This document shows, in pieces, positions 61,505-64,000 of a stretch of DNA of 64,000 bases. The stretch comes from Candidatus Cloacimonadota bacterium (lineage in GTDB: Bacteria > Cloacimonadota > Cloacimonadia > JGIOTU-2). The translations under genes and the position numbers were made by a program. Numbering within the stretch: the stretch's first letter is position 1; each line of letters starts with the position of its first letter. The DNA is taken from contig JBNGBT010000002.1 in NCBI GenBank assembly GCA_049903315.1, positions 1 to 64,000 of the forward strand. The letters are read 5' to 3'. The notes beneath the pieces are model-generated. The model saw nothing but the letters and a program-made list of their open reading frames with translations. It did no database searches and was not told the DNA's origin.

Positions 61505-62005
61505 TTTGCTTTCGAAACGGTAGTACTGCATTGGCCAAATTCCAGAATGAGGGCATACATATTCCTCAGCGGAGAGTATGGCTGTGCAATTCGTATATTT
61601 ATTGATGACTTTGTCCCAAAAGAGACGGGCTCCAGTGTTGGAATCAAGAACGCGCACTATCCACTTGCCGGGGAATTTATCAAATAGACGAAATGAGCAT
61701 ATTTTTCCAGCACCACGCCCTTTGAATTTTCTTGCAATGAAGAACTCCCCAATCTCGTGTCTATCAGTTTCTTCAGGATAAATGCGAACCATAGCGAATC
61801 CAGCAATGCTGTTATCGATCCTTACCACGAATGGGTGATGATCAGATTTATCCCAATATTCAGTAAGATCATCACAGCCGTCCCATTGCCCTTGATTATT
61901 GCAGTCCCACCCCATGTATTCAGACATGTCATAGATGTAATAACGAACCAGGTTCTTAACGACCGACAGATCTTTTGCTGTAGCTGATAATAATTCGAGA
62001 TTCAT
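61460..62005 (-). CDS. GNAT acetyltransferase carried on an integron gene cassette
   Basis: YIYDMSE, IAGFAMV, IGEFFIARKFKGRGAGK, NTGARLFW. Probable start ATG 62005 (alternative 62023); the stop codon lies inside the attC. Confidence 0.85.
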   Translation of the reverse strand: MNLELLSATAKDLSVVKNLVRYYIYDMSEYMGWDCNNQGQWDGCDDLTEYWDKSDHHPFVVRIDNSIAGFAMVRIYPEETDRHEIGEFFIARKFKGRGAGKICSFRLFDKFPGKWIVRVLDSNTGARLFWDKVINKYTNCTAILSAEEYVCPHSGIWPMQYYRFESKGQPNGAPDADKRRR

Positions 62006-62105
62006 ATTTCTGGAGGCCAACATATATTATACTGCTTAAAATTTCATATACCGCGGATTTAAGCAGTATATGAGATATACTTTAACAAGATCATAAGTAC
62101 ATCTT

Positions 62106-62192
62106 CCTCTCTTATTCATTATCATCTTTCTAAATTCTCATTTTGTAATTAGCTTATGTTGGTATAAATTAAGTTCAATCTTTTTTGTCAAA
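62106..62192. repeat. ~87-bp intergenic repeat copy A, containing a minus-strand TTGACA
   Basis: Aligns by eye with 63161..63246; shares CATTATCATC, TGTTGGTATAAATT and TTCAATCTTTTTTGTCAAA. Confidence 0.8.
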
Positions 62193-62276
62193 TTATTATA
62201 AAAACCATTTTTGGATACTCCTAAAAAATTTTCAGAATGAAATCAAAAAGGAACAAGATCCCAGTCCCTAAGAGGG

Positions 62277-63077
62277 TCAGTATTTTTTTTGAAAAAAGTT
62301 CGTAACAATTTCTGCAAATACTTTGGGTTGTTCCATGTGGATGGAATGAGCTGCATTGTCAATTGTCAGGAATTTAGTATTTAGAATTTTATTCAGGGAG
62401 CGTTGGGAGAATTCAGGTGAGAACAAAAGGTCTTCTCTGCCGTTGATTATTATAGTGTATGCTGAAATCTTTATAAGCTTATTGGAACAATCGAAATCAA
62501 TTATAGCTTCTACCTGGTTCTTGAAAGCAGTAGCAGTTTGAGGGAATGGATAATTTAAAGCATACAAAACGGCTTCTTTTACCTGCTGTTCGTTTTCAAA
62601 AAATGCATCTGTGAATAACCATGTAAACAAGTTCTTGAACCAAATATTCATATCTATGCCTGAAGAAAGGCTTTCAGCCAAGTTGAAAAGCAGGAATTCA
62701 TTGCGTTTTGATATTTTGGCTGCAGTTCCAGCTAATACTAATTTATCGACGGCTTTGGGATAACGGATTGCCAAATCCAGTGATATCAATCCACCCATCG
62801 AGTGCCCCAAAACATTGAATGAAGTAATGCCAAGATGATCGGCAAGCTGTTTACAGTCATCAGCAATTTGCTTAATGCAGAGTTTGACGTTCATTGGTTT
62901 AGTTCTGCCACAACCTCTGTTATCGGGAGTAATAACGCAAAAATGACGGGCAAGTTCCGGTAGGATTGGCAGCCAACTTTGACTATCACTTCCCAAACCA
63001 GCTATAAGCATCAAAGGCTCTCCTTGACCTTGCATTTCAAAATATAGTTCTATATCATCAAGTATTACAGTTGGCAT
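62277..63077 (-). CDS. Alpha/beta hydrolase
   Basis: DNRGCG, nucleophile GHSMGG, GREDLL, AAHSIHMEQP. Confidence 0.9.
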   Translation of the reverse strand: MPTVILDDIELYFEMQGQGEPLMLIAGLGSDSQSWLPILPELARHFCVITPDNRGCGRTKPMNVKLCIKQIADDCKQLADHLGITSFNVLGHSMGGLISLDLAIRYPKAVDKLVLAGTAAKISKRNEFLLFNLAESLSSGIDMNIWFKNLFTWLFTDAFFENEQQVKEAVLYALNYPFPQTATAFKNQVEAIIDFDCSNKLIKISAYTIIINGREDLLFSPEFSQRSLNKILNTKFLTIDNAAHSIHMEQPKVFAEIVTNFFQKKY

Positions 63078-63160
63078 TTTTGTTTATTTGCTGAAAATTT
63101 TGATATCATATTAAATAGCAAAAACATTACGTTCTTCATGATTTCCCAATTGATTATTTA

Positions 63161-63246
63161 CCTCTTTTCGACATTATCATCCTTTAAATCCTCATTATAT
63201 TTTTAGCTATTGTTGGTATAAATTTTATTCAATCTTTTTTGTCAAA
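63161..63246. repeat. ~86-bp intergenic repeat copy B
   Basis: Aligns with 62106..62192. Confidence 0.8.
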
Positions 63247-63282
63247 AAATACGAAACCTGTACATACATATACGTAATACAT

Positions 63283-63894
63283 TTACTTAACTACCCAAAA
63301 ACCTTCTACTAATAATTTACTTTTTTCAAATATTTTTCCGTTAAATTTATCACCGGAATGAATATGTCCAACTCCTTTTGGCGTTCCGGTCATTATTACA
63401 TCACCATCATCAAATGAAAGAAAACTGAGAGCTTCATGTAATATTTCGTCCGGCTTATTCAGCATTAAATTAGAGCCGCCCTTCTGTACCAAATAGTCAT
63501 TTATATAGAGTTCCATTCTCAGATCACTCATAGCACCTCCATAAGTGACAAACTCACTAAATACCGCAGATTTATCAAAAGACTTAGCACGTTCCCACGG
63601 CAGACCCTTTGATTTCAAATGAGATTGAACCTCTCTCTTTGTAAGGTCCAATCCAAACCCCACACCTTTCAGTTTATGAGAATGTATGAGAAAGGAAATT
63701 TCACCCTCATAATGGATAAGATCATCTTTGCTGGAACAGATATCATGTGATATAGATGAATTTGGCTTAATAAATATGACCGGTTGCTCTGGTACTTCAT
63801 TATGAAGTTCTTCAATATGCTCTACATAATTTCTCCCTATGCATACGATCTTAGAAGGATACATTGCTTTGCCGTCAAATATGATTGAATTCAT
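63283..63894 (-). CDS. Fumarylacetoacetate hydrolase family protein
   Basis: KIVCIGRNYVEHIEEL, HYEGE, GLDLTKR, PWERAKSFD, GDVIMTGTPKGVG. Confidence 0.92.
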   Translation of the reverse strand: MNSIIFDGKAMYPSKIVCIGRNYVEHIEELHNEVPEQPVIFIKPNSSISHDICSSKDDLIHYEGEISFLIHSHKLKGVGFGLDLTKREVQSHLKSKGLPWERAKSFDKSAVFSEFVTYGGAMSDLRMELYINDYLVQKGGSNLMLNKPDEILHEALSFLSFDDGDVIMTGTPKGVGHIHSGDKFNGKIFEKSKLLVEGFWVVK

Positions 63895-64000
63895 TTTATT
63901 TACCTTGAGTTTTTATGCTTAGAAAATGAACTATATTCATACAATTTTAGAGATTCTTTTGTCAAATAATTATGAAACCCATATATCTCGATTATAATGC

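Noticed and set aside
61444..61647. 67-aa minus-strand ORF ending ANQTVHRTPTSGAGDLSVR
   Set aside because: It is an alternate-frame translation across the GNAT 3' end and the attC, not a separate gene.

Overview
This is an AT-rich, gene-dense window from a diderm bacterium using genetic code 11. Cloacimonadota is my best guess, inferred from the many FlgD-Ig/T9SS-like C-terminal tails and a 7/5-type tRNA-Sec. The left part holds a lipocalin/acyl-ligase/DUF1295/YbgA/Mo-oxidoreductase operon, a TonB-dependent receptor, gpsA, a CIRCE-preceded clpB-groEL pair, two LruC-type lipoproteins, an M16 peptidase and a binding protein/His-kinase/HD-GYP signalling set. The main result is the ~21 kb same-strand cluster at 32.9-53.7 kb. 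It runs DsbD, CxxC lipoprotein, TlpA-TonB_C fusion, outer-membrane barrel with a C-terminal dithiol, six secreted proteins with C-terminal sorting-like tails, then selC-selA-selB. Two of the secreted proteins are broken in the ORF track by an in-frame TGA: 43322..45499 (TGA at 43424) and 48072..49994 (TGA at 48252). In each, the TGA sits exactly at the first Cys of a CxxC motif (UGYC, UGGC) and is followed by a SECIS-like hairpin. They are therefore very probably exported multidomain selenoproteins, encoded next to their decoding machinery and a candidate trans-envelope reductant relay. The right part holds dinB, tandem RsbW-like/GNAT fusion paralogues, alkD-like, an orphan integron cassette with a 59-bp attC, and duplicated promoter segments. 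All family assignments come from motif recognition by eye; no searches were run.
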